DNA of 64,000 nt, from contig JAFWHX010000002.1 in assembly GCA_017533915.1 (NCBI GenBank), positions 55,064 through 119,063 on the forward strand, given 5' to 3'. The DNA is from Eubacterium sp. (GTDB lineage: Bacteria > Bacillota > Clostridia > Peptostreptococcales > Anaerovoracaceae). Below the pieces are notes generated by a model. It saw nothing but the letters and a program-made list of their open reading frames with translations, ran no database searches and was not told the origin of the DNA. This document shows, in pieces, positions 29,834 to 39,001 of this stretch. The number at the start of each line of letters is the position of its first letter. Position 1 is the stretch's first letter. The position numbers and the translations under genes are program-made.

Positions 29834-30088
29834 TTTACAGCCTCCTTTATAAAAAACAAAAACATGATTCCAATTTAATGTTACTATCCGAAGCCGCTAA
29901 AATCAAATAAAGATATCTTAATCTGTTGCCGTCGCGCCGGATAATATGATATAATATATTGGCTCGAGGCAGATGCCGCGGGCATTTTTTGAAACTGATC
30001 AGGATGCACTATGTCATGACTGTTTTCTGCGTCAGACGCATCCTGCATGCAGGACGATCTCACGATTTATCATAAAGGTATCTGATAT

Positions 30089-31582
30089 ATGACGATCTTA
30101 CTTAAAGGCGGAAGGATCTTTCTCGGCCGGAAGTTCGTAACGGCTGATGTTCTCCTCAAGGGAGGAAGTGCTTTTGTTTTTGACAAAGGCGCCGCTCCTG
30201 ATGAGATGACCGCCCTTTGCAGTGCTGCTCCGGACATCGAGAATGCCGGCTGCGGCGACGTATTCGGAACAGATACAGATGCTGAGGTGATCGACCTCAG
30301 CGGTAAAGATATTCTACCCGGTTTTGCGGATGTGCACGTTCACTTCCGTGAGCCGGGTTTTTCATATAAGGAAACGATCCGTACGGGTTCACTGGCGGCT
30401 GCGCACGGCGGCTATACATGTGTCTGCCCGATGCCTAATATCGTGCCGGTCCCGAAGGATCTGGACAGCCTGAGAGCTGAGCTTGATATCATAAACAAAA
30501 CATCTTTGTTAGATGTCATTCCTTACGGCGCGATCACTGTCAAGCAGGACGGACGGAGCGAGCTCTCTGACATGGAGAGCATGGCGCCTTACGTATGCGC
30601 ATTCAGCGATGACGGACGCGGCATTCAGACAGGCGATCTTATGCGTGACGCGATGCAGCTGGCAGGATCTCTTGGAAAGCTCATAGTCGCGCACTGCGAA
30701 GACGAGAGCCTTCTCCAGCCAGGAGGCTGCGTGCATGAAGGTCTCTTCGCGGAAGCGTCCGGCCTTATCGGCATAAGCTCGGCGAGCGAGTGGCGGCAAG
30801 TCGAGCGCGATGTGAATCTATGCTATGAAACAGGCTGCGCATATCATGTATGCCATGTGTCAACGAAAGAATCTGTCCAGATAATCCGCGAAGCGAAGCA
30901 GTCAGGTGTTAACGTGACCTGTGAGACGGCGCCGCATTACCTGACACTCACCCAGGACGATGTGGCAGAATACTGCCGCGGCGGCGAGCCTGCTGATTCA
31001 GGGCGGTTCAAGATGAATCCCCCGCTGCGCGGGAAAGACGACCGCGAAGCACTGCGCGAGGGAGTTTTTGACGGTACGATAGACATGATCGCGACGGACC
31101 ACGCTCCTCACAGCGCTGAAGAAAAAGCCCGCGGACTTGAAAAGAGCCCGTTTGGCATAACAGGGCTGGAGACTTCGTTTCCGATCCTGAAGACAAGACT
31201 CGTCGAAACCGGGATCCTCACATATGAAAGACTGATAGAATGCCTTGCATCGGCGCCTCGGAAGAGGTTCGGCCTCCCCGGCGCAGAGACACTGGACCAT
31301 GGATCATTCAGAGCCGTCTATAGTGAAGATGCAGGAGGCGGCTGTGAGGGAAATGTCGGATATAAAGAGGCTGTTCGGGGGAACAGGATGATCTTCCCGG
31401 ATCTTACCATAATCGATCCGGAATATGAATACACCATCGACCCGGACGACTTCCTGAGCATGGGACACGCGACACCGTTCGAAGGAGATACCGTGCGCGG
31501 GAAGGTGATCATGACTATACATAAGGGCAAGATCGCCTATGAAGGCTGCGATAACGATCCGCGGGCGCAAGATCGTAATTAG
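30089..31582 (+). CDS. pyrC: Dihydroorotase (long form with insertions)
   Basis: Metal ligands DVHVHFREPG and AHCED; ATDHAPH. Confidence 0.9.
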   Translation: MTILLKGGRIFLGRKFVTADVLLKGGSAFVFDKGAAPDEMTALCSAAPDIENAGCGDVFGTDTDAEVIDLSGKDILPGFADVHVHFREPGFSYKETIRTGSLAAAHGGYTCVCPMPNIVPVPKDLDSLRAELDIINKTSLLDVIPYGAITVKQDGRSELSDMESMAPYVCAFSDDGRGIQTGDLMRDAMQLAGSLGKLIVAHCEDESLLQPGGCVHEGLFAEASGLIGISSASEWRQVERDVNLCYETGCAYHVCHVSTKESVQIIREAKQSGVNVTCETAPHYLTLTQDDVAEYCRGGEPADSGRFKMNPPLRGKDDREALREGVFDGTIDMIATDHAPHSAEEKARGLEKSPFGITGLETSFPILKTRLVETGILTYERLIECLASAPRKRFGLPGAETLDHGSFRAVYSEDAGGGCEGNVGYKEAVRGNRMIFPDLTIIDPEYEYTIDPDDFLSMGHATPFEGDTVRGKVIMTIHKGKIAYEGCDNDPRAQDRN

Positions 31583-31615
31583 ACGATAAAGCTGTGATTT
31601 CAACACATTAAGGCT

Positions 31616-32431
31616 ATGAAAGACCAGATACTTACTGTACAATTTAACAATAAGATCTCAGGCGGAGTATATCACATGTCACTTGCCGGCGACTGTTCTG
31701 AGATAAGCAGGCCGGGTCAGTTCATCGACATAAAGATCGACGACTTTTTTCTGAGGCGCCCGATCTCGATATTCGATCACGATGATGATCACGTAGAGAT
31801 ACTTTACAGAGTCGTAGGCGCCGGAACCGACGCGCTTGCAACAAAAGCTCCCGGCGATGAGCTAGACGTGCTGCTTCCGCTGGGGAATGGTTTTGATGCG
31901 AAAAAGTGCGGAGAACGCAGCCTGCTTGTAGCAGGCGGTATCGGAATGCCGCCGATCCATGAGCTCGCAAAGCAACTGAACGATTCCGCCCATTCATTCC
32001 GAGTACTCCTTGGCTTCAGGTCAGCAGATGACATTTTCGGGATCGACTCGTTCCGAAGCCTCTGCATAGAACCGGTGATCGCTACAGAAGACGGCTCTGC
32101 CGGCGTCAAAGGCCTGGTCACAGATGTGATGGAAATAATGAGCTCCGGAAAAGGACACGCCAAAAATGCATCGGCTGCATCCGGAAACGACACGACCGGC
32201 GAACTCGATTTTGATTATGACTGCGTATTCTGCTGCGGACCGGAACCGATGCTGAAAGCCGTATACGAGACCGCAATAAAAAATAACATCTCTGAAGGAC
32301 AGTTCTCATTTGAAGAGAGGATGGGCTGCGGATTCGGTGCCTGCATGGGATGCTCCTGCAAGACCAGATACGGATACAAGCGGATCTGCAGAGACGGACC
32401 GATCCTGTCTATGGATGAGATCCTGTGGTAG
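31616..32431 (+). CDS. pyrK: Dihydroorotate dehydrogenase electron-transfer subunit
   Basis: FAD/NAD-binding fold RRPISI and GGIGMPP. The C-terminal 2Fe-2S cysteines are CGFGACMGCSC...CRDGP. Confidence 0.9.
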   Translation: MKDQILTVQFNNKISGGVYHMSLAGDCSEISRPGQFIDIKIDDFFLRRPISIFDHDDDHVEILYRVVGAGTDALATKAPGDELDVLLPLGNGFDAKKCGERSLLVAGGIGMPPIHELAKQLNDSAHSFRVLLGFRSADDIFGIDSFRSLCIEPVIATEDGSAGVKGLVTDVMEIMSSGKGHAKNASAASGNDTTGELDFDYDCVFCCGPEPMLKAVYETAIKNNISEGQFSFEERMGCGFGACMGCSCKTRYGYKRICRDGPILSMDEILW

Positions 32432-32487
32432 CCGTATCGTTTTGTGGCCGGCGCAGAAGATTTTGATTGAAATGGTGGCCGAGGCAG

Positions 32488-33474
32488 ATGATTCTTGCAA
32501 AATCGGCCACAGAAATGACGAGAACGATGAGAAATAACAGTAACGACAAGAAAATCAGTAACGCGCAGCCGGATCTTTCAGTCGAGCTGGCTGGGCTCAG
32601 ACTCGATAACCCGGTCATTCCGGCAAGCGGCACGTTCGGCTATGGCCGCGAGTTCGCCGATCTGTATGATCTGGACATACTGGGATCGATCTCCTTTAAA
32701 GGCACGACAGTTGAAAAGCGGTACGGCAATCCGCTCCCGAGGATCGCGGACTGCACTGCAGGCATGCTGAACTCAGTCGGGCTTCAGAATCCGGGCCTTG
32801 ATGCGGTCTGTTCGGAAGAACTCGCTGAGATGGCGAAGATATTCCATAAGCCGCTCATCGCGAACATCAGTGGTTTTGCTGAAGAAGAATACGTCAGACT
32901 GGCTGAGGCTATGGACCGTGAACCGCAGGTCGGGATCATAGAGGTCAACATAAGCTGTCCGAACGTTCATAACGGCGGCATGGCTTTCGGGACTGACCCG
33001 GAAAACGCCGCGGCGATCACGCGCGCTGTGAAGAAGGCCACATCAAAATCTGTCTTTACCAAGCTTTCGCCGAACGTTACGGATATTACGGAGATAGCGC
33101 GGGCATGCGAAGACGCCGGCGCGGATGGGCTGAGCCTGATCAACACGATACTCGGCATGCGGATCGACATCAAGAGCCGGAAGCCGGTGCTCGCGAACAA
33201 AGTCGGCGGCTTTTCAGGTCCGGCGATCTTTCCTGTCGCCGTCCGGATGGTCTGGCAGGTCGCACATGCAGTAGATATTCCGCTGATCGGCATGGGCGGC
33301 ATCTCATCAGCAGAAGATGTGATAGAGATGATGATGGCAGGTGCTTCCGCCGTGCAGATCGGGGCTGCAAATCTGAGAGACCCGTTCGCATGCAAAAAGA
33401 TCATCGAAGACCTGCCTCGCGTAATGGACAGGCTCGGGATCGAAAAGCTGAAGGACATAGTCGGGATAGTATAG
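32488..33474 (+). CDS. pyrD: Dihydroorotate dehydrogenase B catalytic subunit (start uncertain: 32488 has the best SD; 32527 gives a more typical length)
   Basis: LAGLRLDNPVIPASGTFGYG, NISCPNV and GGFSGPAIFPVA motifs. Confidence 0.9.
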   Translation: MILAKSATEMTRTMRNNSNDKKISNAQPDLSVELAGLRLDNPVIPASGTFGYGREFADLYDLDILGSISFKGTTVEKRYGNPLPRIADCTAGMLNSVGLQNPGLDAVCSEELAEMAKIFHKPLIANISGFAEEEYVRLAEAMDREPQVGIIEVNISCPNVHNGGMAFGTDPENAAAITRAVKKATSKSVFTKLSPNVTDITEIARACEDAGADGLSLINTILGMRIDIKSRKPVLANKVGGFSGPAIFPVAVRMVWQVAHAVDIPLIGMGGISSAEDVIEMMMAGASAVQIGAANLRDPFACKKIIEDLPRVMDRLGIEKLKDIVGIV

Positions 33475-33553
33475 AACCACTGAAATACAGAATGAGCTGA
33501 TAAGAACATAACTCCAAAACGCAGAATCGACGAATTGGAGCACAGGAGGAAAT

Positions 33554-34276
33554 ATGGCTAAAGATGTGATCGTTGCTTGTGATTTCCCATCAATGGAGAG
33601 AACTCTGGATTTTCTTGACCTGTTTGAGGGAAAACGAAAGCCTTTTGTAAAGATCGGCATGGAGCTTTTTTATGCTGAAGGCCCTGATGTCGTCCGCAAG
33701 ATCAAAGAAAGAGGACATAAAGTATTTCTTGACCTGAAGCTGCATGACATCCCTAACACAGTAGCGGGAGGAATGCGGTCACTTGCCGGGCTTGGTGTCG
33801 ACATGACTAATGTACATGCATCCGGCGGGATAAAGATGATGAAAGCTGGTCTTGAAGGGCTCACTTCCGGCGGCCAGTCTGCTGCTGACCAGGTGAATTC
33901 CGCACCTGTGCTGATCGCTGTCACACAGCTCACATCGACAAGCCAGGAGATGCTGGCAGAAGAGCTTCTGATAGATAAAGATATTAACGACGTCATCGTA
34001 AAGTATGCGCTTAACGCAAAGGCAGCAGGCCTGGGCGGCGTGGTATGCTCACCGCTTGAAGCGGGTCTGATCCACGAGGCGTGCGGAAGCGATTTCCTGA
34101 CAGTGACGCCAGGGATCAGGTTCAGCGATAGTACGAGTGACGATCAGGCGAGGATCACAACGCCTGCCAAAGCCCGCGAGCTCGGATCAGACTACATCGT
34201 GATCGGACGGCCGGTCACACAGGCTGAAGATCCGGTCGAGGCATACATGAGGGCTGTGTCTGACTTCCTGGGTTGA
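33554..34276 (+). CDS. pyrF: Orotidine 5'-phosphate decarboxylase
   Basis: VACDF, KIGMELF, FLDLKLHDIPNT and VIGRPV motifs. Confidence 0.95.
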   Translation: MAKDVIVACDFPSMERTLDFLDLFEGKRKPFVKIGMELFYAEGPDVVRKIKERGHKVFLDLKLHDIPNTVAGGMRSLAGLGVDMTNVHASGGIKMMKAGLEGLTSGGQSAADQVNSAPVLIAVTQLTSTSQEMLAEELLIDKDINDVIVKYALNAKAAGLGGVVCSPLEAGLIHEACGSDFLTVTPGIRFSDSTSDDQARITTPAKARELGSDYIVIGRPVTQAEDPVEAYMRAVSDFLG

Positions 34277-34366
34277 ATCGTAAAATCAGCAAATAGATTA
34301 CAGTTGAATTGTAAAATCAGCAAATAGATTACAATTGAATTTGTAAAATCACTAAACAGATTACAG
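34273..34366. repeat. Three tandem ~31-bp direct repeats in the pyrF-pyrE intergenic region
   Basis: The three units are TTGAATCGTAAAATCAGCAAATAGATTACAG, TTGAATTGTAAAATCAGCAAATAGATTACAA and TTGAATTTGTAAAATCACTAAACAGATTACAG. They are contiguous and start on the pyrF stop codon. Confidence 0.9.
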
Positions 34367-34396
34367 GCGGAGATTTTGATAGAAAGGAGAACGCAA

Positions 34397-35053
34397 ATGG
34401 ATTTTGACGAGGAAAAGACAGCGCGCGAGATCGCGAAGAGCTTACTGTCTATCGAGGCAGTGTTCCTTAGACCGCATGAGCCGTTCACATGGGCGAGCGG
34501 GATAAAAAGTCCTATCTACTGTGACAACAGGCTGACGCTTACCGCGCCTTCTGCAAGGACTATCATCGAAACGAGCATTGCGGAGACTATCAGGCAATAT
34601 TTCCCTAAGTGCCAGCTTCTCATGGGAACGAGCACCGCTGGTATCGCCCATGCGGCGATCACAGCGCACATCATGGATCTTCCGATGGGCTATGTGCGCG
34701 GTTCCAAGAAAGACCACGGCCGCACTAACAGGATCGAAGGCAAACTCGAGCGCGGTGAGAAAGTAGTAGTTATTGAGGATCTGATCTCAACCGGAGGGTC
34801 CGTGATCGAGACAGTCGAAGCGCTTCGGGAAGCCGGTGCTGATGTTCTCGGCATAGTAAGCATCTTCACATATGGGATGAGGAAGTCTGTCGAGATGCTT
34901 CAGGAACATAACGTCGTGAACCACAGCCTCTGCGACCTCGATGTCCTTGTCGACGTCGCCGTAGAGACAGAGTACATAGATGAGGCCGAGAAGGCAGGAA
35001 TTCTTGCGTTCAGGGACGACCCACTGGACGAGAGCTGGATAGAGCGCGTTTAA
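34397..35053 (+). CDS. pyrE: Orotate phosphoribosyltransferase
   Basis: The PRPP-binding loop is VVVIEDLISTGGS. ATG preceded by AAAGGAGAA. Confidence 0.95.
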   Translation: MDFDEEKTAREIAKSLLSIEAVFLRPHEPFTWASGIKSPIYCDNRLTLTAPSARTIIETSIAETIRQYFPKCQLLMGTSTAGIAHAAITAHIMDLPMGYVRGSKKDHGRTNRIEGKLERGEKVVVIEDLISTGGSVIETVEALREAGADVLGIVSIFTYGMRKSVEMLQEHNVVNHSLCDLDVLVDVAVETEYIDEAEKAGILAFRDDPLDESWIERV

Positions 35054-35152
35054 GATATCCGCCACACAGACTATATGCCGGAATATATGATGCAGTCAGG
35101 CGGCGCGTCAGAAAAGCTGCGTCACAGAGACCAAATACAGAAAGGACAGAAA

Positions 35153-36076
35153 ATGTCGAAGTCAGAAATCAAGAATCTTATCAAGATCACCGATCTCAGT
35201 AAAGACGAGATCGATCACCTGATCGAGATCGCAGATCAGATCGAAGCCAATCCGAAAGGCTTCAGCGAGATGTGCAGGCACAAGAAGCTGGCAACTTTGT
35301 TCTTTGAGCCAAGTACAAGGACGAGGCTCAGCTTTACAGCGGCCATGATGGAGCTTGGCGGCGACGTACTGGGTTTTGATGATGCTGGATCGAGCTCGGC
35401 GACTAAAGGTGAAAGCGTAAGCGACACCGTCGTCATGGCCGGCTGCTACGCGGACATCATCGCTATGCGCCACCCCAAAGAAGGTGCGCCTGTCATCGCA
35501 TCACAGAAAACCACCGTTCCGCTGATCAACGCGGGTGACGGCGGTCACTTCCACCCAACGCAGACGCTCACCGACCTGCTGACGATAAGCAGGAAAAAGC
35601 AGCTCGGGAATTTCACGATCGGGCTTTGCGGCGACCTCATGTTCGGGCGGACAGTACACTCTCTGATCGAGGCGCTGCTCCGGTATGAGGGTATAAAGTT
35701 CATTCTCATCTCACCGCCGGAACTGAGACTCCCTAAATATGTGAAAGATGAGATGGATGAAGCCGGTGCCGAATGGACCGAGTGCGAGGCGCTTGAGGAC
35801 GCGATGCCTGACCTGGACATCCTGTACATGACAAGAGTCCAGCGTGAGCGGTTCTTCAACGAAGAAGATTACGTCCGCCTGCGCGACAGCTACATCCTGA
35901 CTCTCGACAAGCTCAAGACGGCGAAAGACGACATGATCATCATGCATCCGCTTCCTCGTGTGAATGAGATCGCAGTCGAGGTCGACGATGATCCGCGGGC
36001 GTGCTACTTCTATCAGGCACTCTGCGGCAAACATATCAGGATGGCTTTGATACTGTATCTACTTGGGCTGAAGTAG
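35153..36076 (+). CDS. pyrB: Aspartate carbamoyltransferase catalytic subunit
   Basis: [12 protein letters not shown] and HPLPR motifs. The start [10 protein letters not shown] follows GAAAGGA. Confidence 0.95.
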   Translation: MSKSEIKNLIKITDLSKDEIDHLIEIADQIEANPKGFSEMCRHKKLATLFFEPSTRTRLSFTAAMMELGGDVLGFDDAGSSSATKGESVSDTVVMAGCYADIIAMRHPKEGAPVIASQKTTVPLINAGDGGHFHPTQTLTDLLTISRKKQLGNFTIGLCGDLMFGRTVHSLIEALLRYEGIKFILISPPELRLPKYVKDEMDEAGAEWTECEALEDAMPDLDILYMTRVQRERFFNEEDYVRLRDSYILTLDKLKTAKDDMIIMHPLPRVNEIAVEVDDDPRACYFYQALCGKHIRMALILYLLGLK

Positions 36077-36180
36077 CCCATCTGCAGCTGTCAAAGCCTT
36101 CACGGCAAACGAGCATGCTCGCACCGCAAGGTACTTCAGCAAGCCGCTGATAACCAATCAGAACATCAAAGGAGTAACAT

Positions 36181-36603
36181 ATGAACATAGATGGAGTAAA
36201 CACAGGAATAGTCCTCGACCACATCAAAGCCGGAAAAAGCATGATGATCTATGAGCTTCTCGGCCTGGATAAGCTCAACTGCTGCGTCGCGATCATCCAG
36301 AACGCAAAAAGCGAGAAGTACGGACTCAAGGACATAATCAAAATAGATGGCGACATCGATATAAACCTGGATGTGCTGGGATATGTTGATAATAACATCA
36401 CTGTAAACATCGTAAAGAACGGAGATCTTACGAGGAAGGTGCATCTGGAGCTTCCGGAAACACTGACGAACGTGATAAAATGCAGCAACCCTCGATGCAT
36501 CACATCCACCGAGCAGGGGATCGTACATAAATTCTACCTCGCAGACCGCGAACATAAGATATACAGGTGCTGCTACTGCGACTCGGAGTACAAGCGCCGG
36601 TAA
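36181..36603 (+). CDS. pyrI: Aspartate carbamoyltransferase regulatory subunit
   Basis: 140 aa. Zn-domain cysteines CSNPRC...CCYC. Confidence 0.95.
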   Translation: MNIDGVNTGIVLDHIKAGKSMMIYELLGLDKLNCCVAIIQNAKSEKYGLKDIIKIDGDIDINLDVLGYVDNNITVNIVKNGDLTRKVHLELPETLTNVIKCSNPRCITSTEQGIVHKFYLADREHKIYRCCYCDSEYKRR

Positions 36604-36674
36604 TGTGCCTGCGCACAGGCATACAGTATGTCTGTCATACAACTATGTTGTCATGGAAGAATTTCATCAGAAAG

Positions 36675-36706
36675 AAAAAAGACCCAGGTCTAAAGACCCG
36701 GGTTTT
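36675..36706. terminator. Bidirectional terminator shared by pyrI (+) and tRNA-Thr (-)
   Basis: AAAAAAG-ACCCAGGTC-TAAA-GACCCGGGT-TTTT. The stem has A and T tracts on both sides. Confidence 0.6.
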
Positions 36707-36710
36707 GATG

Positions 36711-36786
36711 TGGAGCTCCCGGCCGGACTTGAACCGGCGACCTGCGCGTTACGAATGCGCTGCTCTACCGACTGAGCCACGGAAGC
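36711..36786 (-). tRNA. tRNA-Thr (anticodon CGU)
   Basis: The reverse complement GCTTCCGTGGCTCAGTCGGTAGAGCAGCGCATTCGTAACGCGCAGGTCGCCGGTTCAAGTCCGGCCGGGAGCTCCA folds as a cloverleaf. It has a 7-bp acceptor stem, a GCTC/GAGC D stem, a GCCGG/CCGGC T stem with a TTCAAGT loop, an anticodon loop TTCGTAA, and an encoded CCA. Positions 31-39 are an A.C mismatch. Confidence 0.9.
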
Positions 36787-36930
36787 ATATCGTGCGGTGC
36801 CTGATGCACCGCATTTGTTATTCTATCATGATTATAATGTGCGCGTCAAACATTTTGTGCGCGCCGCGGATCTTGCCAATTGTGCGTGCCGCGGACTGGC
36901 GATATGTGTGCCGTGGATCTGTCTGATCCA

Positions 36931-37998
36931 TCAGATCTGTCCGTTGACAGCGGCATCTATTACGATACTTGCTGTGTCGAACAGATTGTGCATCGCCGGT
37001 TCGAAGATATCGAGCGTCTCACTGTTATCCTCTTCAACTTTATCGTTGTAACCTTTCGTCTCGTCCCAGAGGCCTTCAGGCGTTTCGCCTTTCAGGAACA
37101 CATCCATATTCACTATGACGCGGAAGGACACTACATGCTCCAGCATCCCGTAGCATTCCGCCGCGTTCGCAACTGAGATCTCTTCCATCTCAGTAACGGC
37201 GTACGGATCCGGACAGTTGTAATAATCTGTGATGAACAAAGCGTTCTTATGTCCATACTCCCCTTTCCAGAAATTGTCTCCTGTGAGAGAAGTTCCTTTT
37301 ATCACTTCAGGTCTGCGCAAAGCCCAGTCTTCGCCCGGAAAGTTTTCAGCCATGACCTGATCTGTCTTTTTCGTGGTCCTGAGCTTGCAGTCTTTGGTCA
37401 TTTTATATACTTTCTCCAGAGTGTCCTCATTAAAGTCCTTATATGAGAAATCGTCATATGAACTGTCGTGGAACCATGTGACATCGGAATTCTTATCCTC
37501 CATCTCACGAACGTCGGCCATATGGCCCAGCTCACTGTCGCAGACCGCTGTGATCAAAACCACGTCGCCCGGCCTGCTGTAACCTTTACTTCCTCCTGCA
37601 CAGCCTACAGAAATGATAGTTGCTTCAGAATGGTCATACTTTTCGCAGGAAAGAAGCGCCATTAAGGAAAGCGATGCCGCAGTTTTGCTCGAATCGGTAA
37701 CAAGGATCCCGATCCCGTCCTCCTCATTCACGTAGAAATGCGCGCAGTCAGGCATGTGAGGCACTTCGGTCTCTTCAGCGTCCGGACAGTATTTCTCATA
37801 GAAAAGCTGGGCTTCTCCCGGAAAATCTCCGCTCATTTCCCCAAGCTCGATCTTCGGCACGATAATAGCTTTCAGCTTTACCGCACTGGTGTCTTTCCCT
37901 TCAGTTCCGGCATTAGTGTTTCTGCTGCTGCATGACACCGCAAGAACGGATGTCATGATCAGTATTGCGGAAATCAGTAATGCTATGGTTTTTCTCAT
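36931..37998 (-). CDS. Lipoprotein of the NUP / purine nucleoside permease (phosphorylase-like) family
   Basis: Lipobox LAVSCS. The pattern GEAQLFYEKY...GIGILVTDSSKTAASLSLMALL...ISVGCAGG matches my recollection of bacterial NUP-family proteins. No search was run. Confidence 0.6.
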   Translation of the reverse strand: MRKTIALLISAILIMTSVLAVSCSSRNTNAGTEGKDTSAVKLKAIIVPKIELGEMSGDFPGEAQLFYEKYCPDAEETEVPHMPDCAHFYVNEEDGIGILVTDSSKTAASLSLMALLSCEKYDHSEATIISVGCAGGSKGYSRPGDVVLITAVCDSELGHMADVREMEDKNSDVTWFHDSSYDDFSYKDFNEDTLEKVYKMTKDCKLRTTKKTDQVMAENFPGEDWALRRPEVIKGTSLTGDNFWKGEYGHKNALFITDYYNCPDPYAVTEMEEISVANAAECYGMLEHVVSFRVIVNMDVFLKGETPEGLWDETKGYNDKVEEDNSETLDIFEPAMHNLFDTASIVIDAAVNGQI

Positions 37999-38033
37999 AA
38001 GTTCGATCCTTGATCATCAAAATTAATGATAGT

Positions 38034-38064
38034 AAAAGACTGTCATATTGAACGACAGCCTTTT
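38034..38064 (-). terminator. Rho-independent terminator after the OFOR beta subunit
   Basis: Minus-strand RNA reads AAAAGGCUGUC-GUUCAAUAU-GACAGUCUUUU. The stem includes one G.U that pairs only on this strand. Confidence 0.6.
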
Positions 38065-38071
38065 ATTCTCT

Positions 38072-39001
38072 CTATTCGCATTTGGCAAGAAGCTTCTCCC
38101 ACTTCTCGTCCACGTATTTCTGGGCATCTTCGATCATCCACTCGTTGCCCGGCTGGAACATGTGCTTGAACCTGCCCTGCTTCGCGAGGAACTGTTCCAC
38201 AGGGAGCTTCTTACGAGGCTCGTATGTAAGATGCCATTCACCTTCTACGATCTCGTACATCGGCCAGACGCATGTGTCTACTGCCAGCTTGCAGATTTCT
38301 GCAAGCTCTGACGCATCGTATCTCCAGCCTCGCGGACACGGTGCAAGTACGTTCAGGAAGCAAGGGCCCTCCGTATAGATCGCTGTGTGTGCTTTGTTGT
38401 ACAGATCGCGCATGTCGTTGTACATCGTAGTCTGCGCAACGTAAGGAATGTTGTGGGCTGCGATGATCGCGGTCAGGTCTTTCTTGTCCTGCTTCTTTCC
38501 GTAGCTCTCCGTACCGACAGGAGATGTCGTAGTGTTCGCAAAGCGAGGAGTCGATGACGATCTCTGGATACCAGTGTTCATATATGCCTCGTTGTCGTAG
38601 CAGACGTAGACCATGTCGTGACCGCGCTCCATGGCGCCGGAAAGCGACTGCAGTCCGATATCATATGTGCCGCCGTCTCCGCCGAAGCAGATAAATTTGA
38701 AGTTTTCGTCGATCTTGCCGCGCTTCTTGAGTGCTCTGTATGCAGTCTCGACACCACCTGTCATCGCAGCGGCATTCTCGAACGCGCTGTGGATGTAGCT
38801 GTCTTCATAAGCTGTGTTCGGGTAGATGAATGTTGAGACTTCAAGGCAGCTCGTAGCGTTGCTCACGACCGCCCTATCGCCCTCATCCAGCGCGCGGAGC
38901 ACGTTATTTATCGCGACTCCCGCTCCACATCCTGCACAAAGCCTGTGGCCAGGAGCAAGACGCGGCTTTTTGTTAAGTTGTTCCTTAAGACTATATGCCA
39001 T
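38072..39001 (-). CDS. 2-oxoacid:ferredoxin oxidoreductase beta subunit (TPP-binding)
   Basis: CAGCGAG near the N-terminus and the TPP motif FGGDGGTYDIGLQSL. The ATG overlaps the alpha stop by 1 nt. Confidence 0.9.
   Translation of the reverse strand: MAYSLKEQLNKKPRLAPGHRLCAGCGAGVAINNVLRALDEGDRAVVSNATSCLEVSTFIYPNTAYEDSYIHSAFENAAAMTGGVETAYRALKKRGKIDENFKFICFGGDGGTYDIGLQSLSGAMERGHDMVYVCYDNEAYMNTGIQRSSSTPRFANTTTSPVGTESYGKKQDKKDLTAIIAAHNIPYVAQTTMYNDMRDLYNKAHTAIYTEGPCFLNVLAPCPRGWRYDASELAEICKLAVDTCVWPMYEIVEGEWHLTYEPRKKLPVEQFLAKQGRFKHMFQPGNEWMIEDAQKYVDEKWEKLLAKCE

Noticed and set aside
29850-30088. PyrR binding loop in the pyr leader
   Set aside because: I could not find the purine-rich CCAGAGAGG-type loop remembered from Bacillus pyr leaders, and no pyrR gene is in the window. 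A covariance-model search would be needed to exclude it formally.
34273-34366. Possible CRISPR array
   Set aside because: The repeats are contiguous with no spacers, there are only three units, and no cas genes are present. I treated them as a tandem repeat instead.
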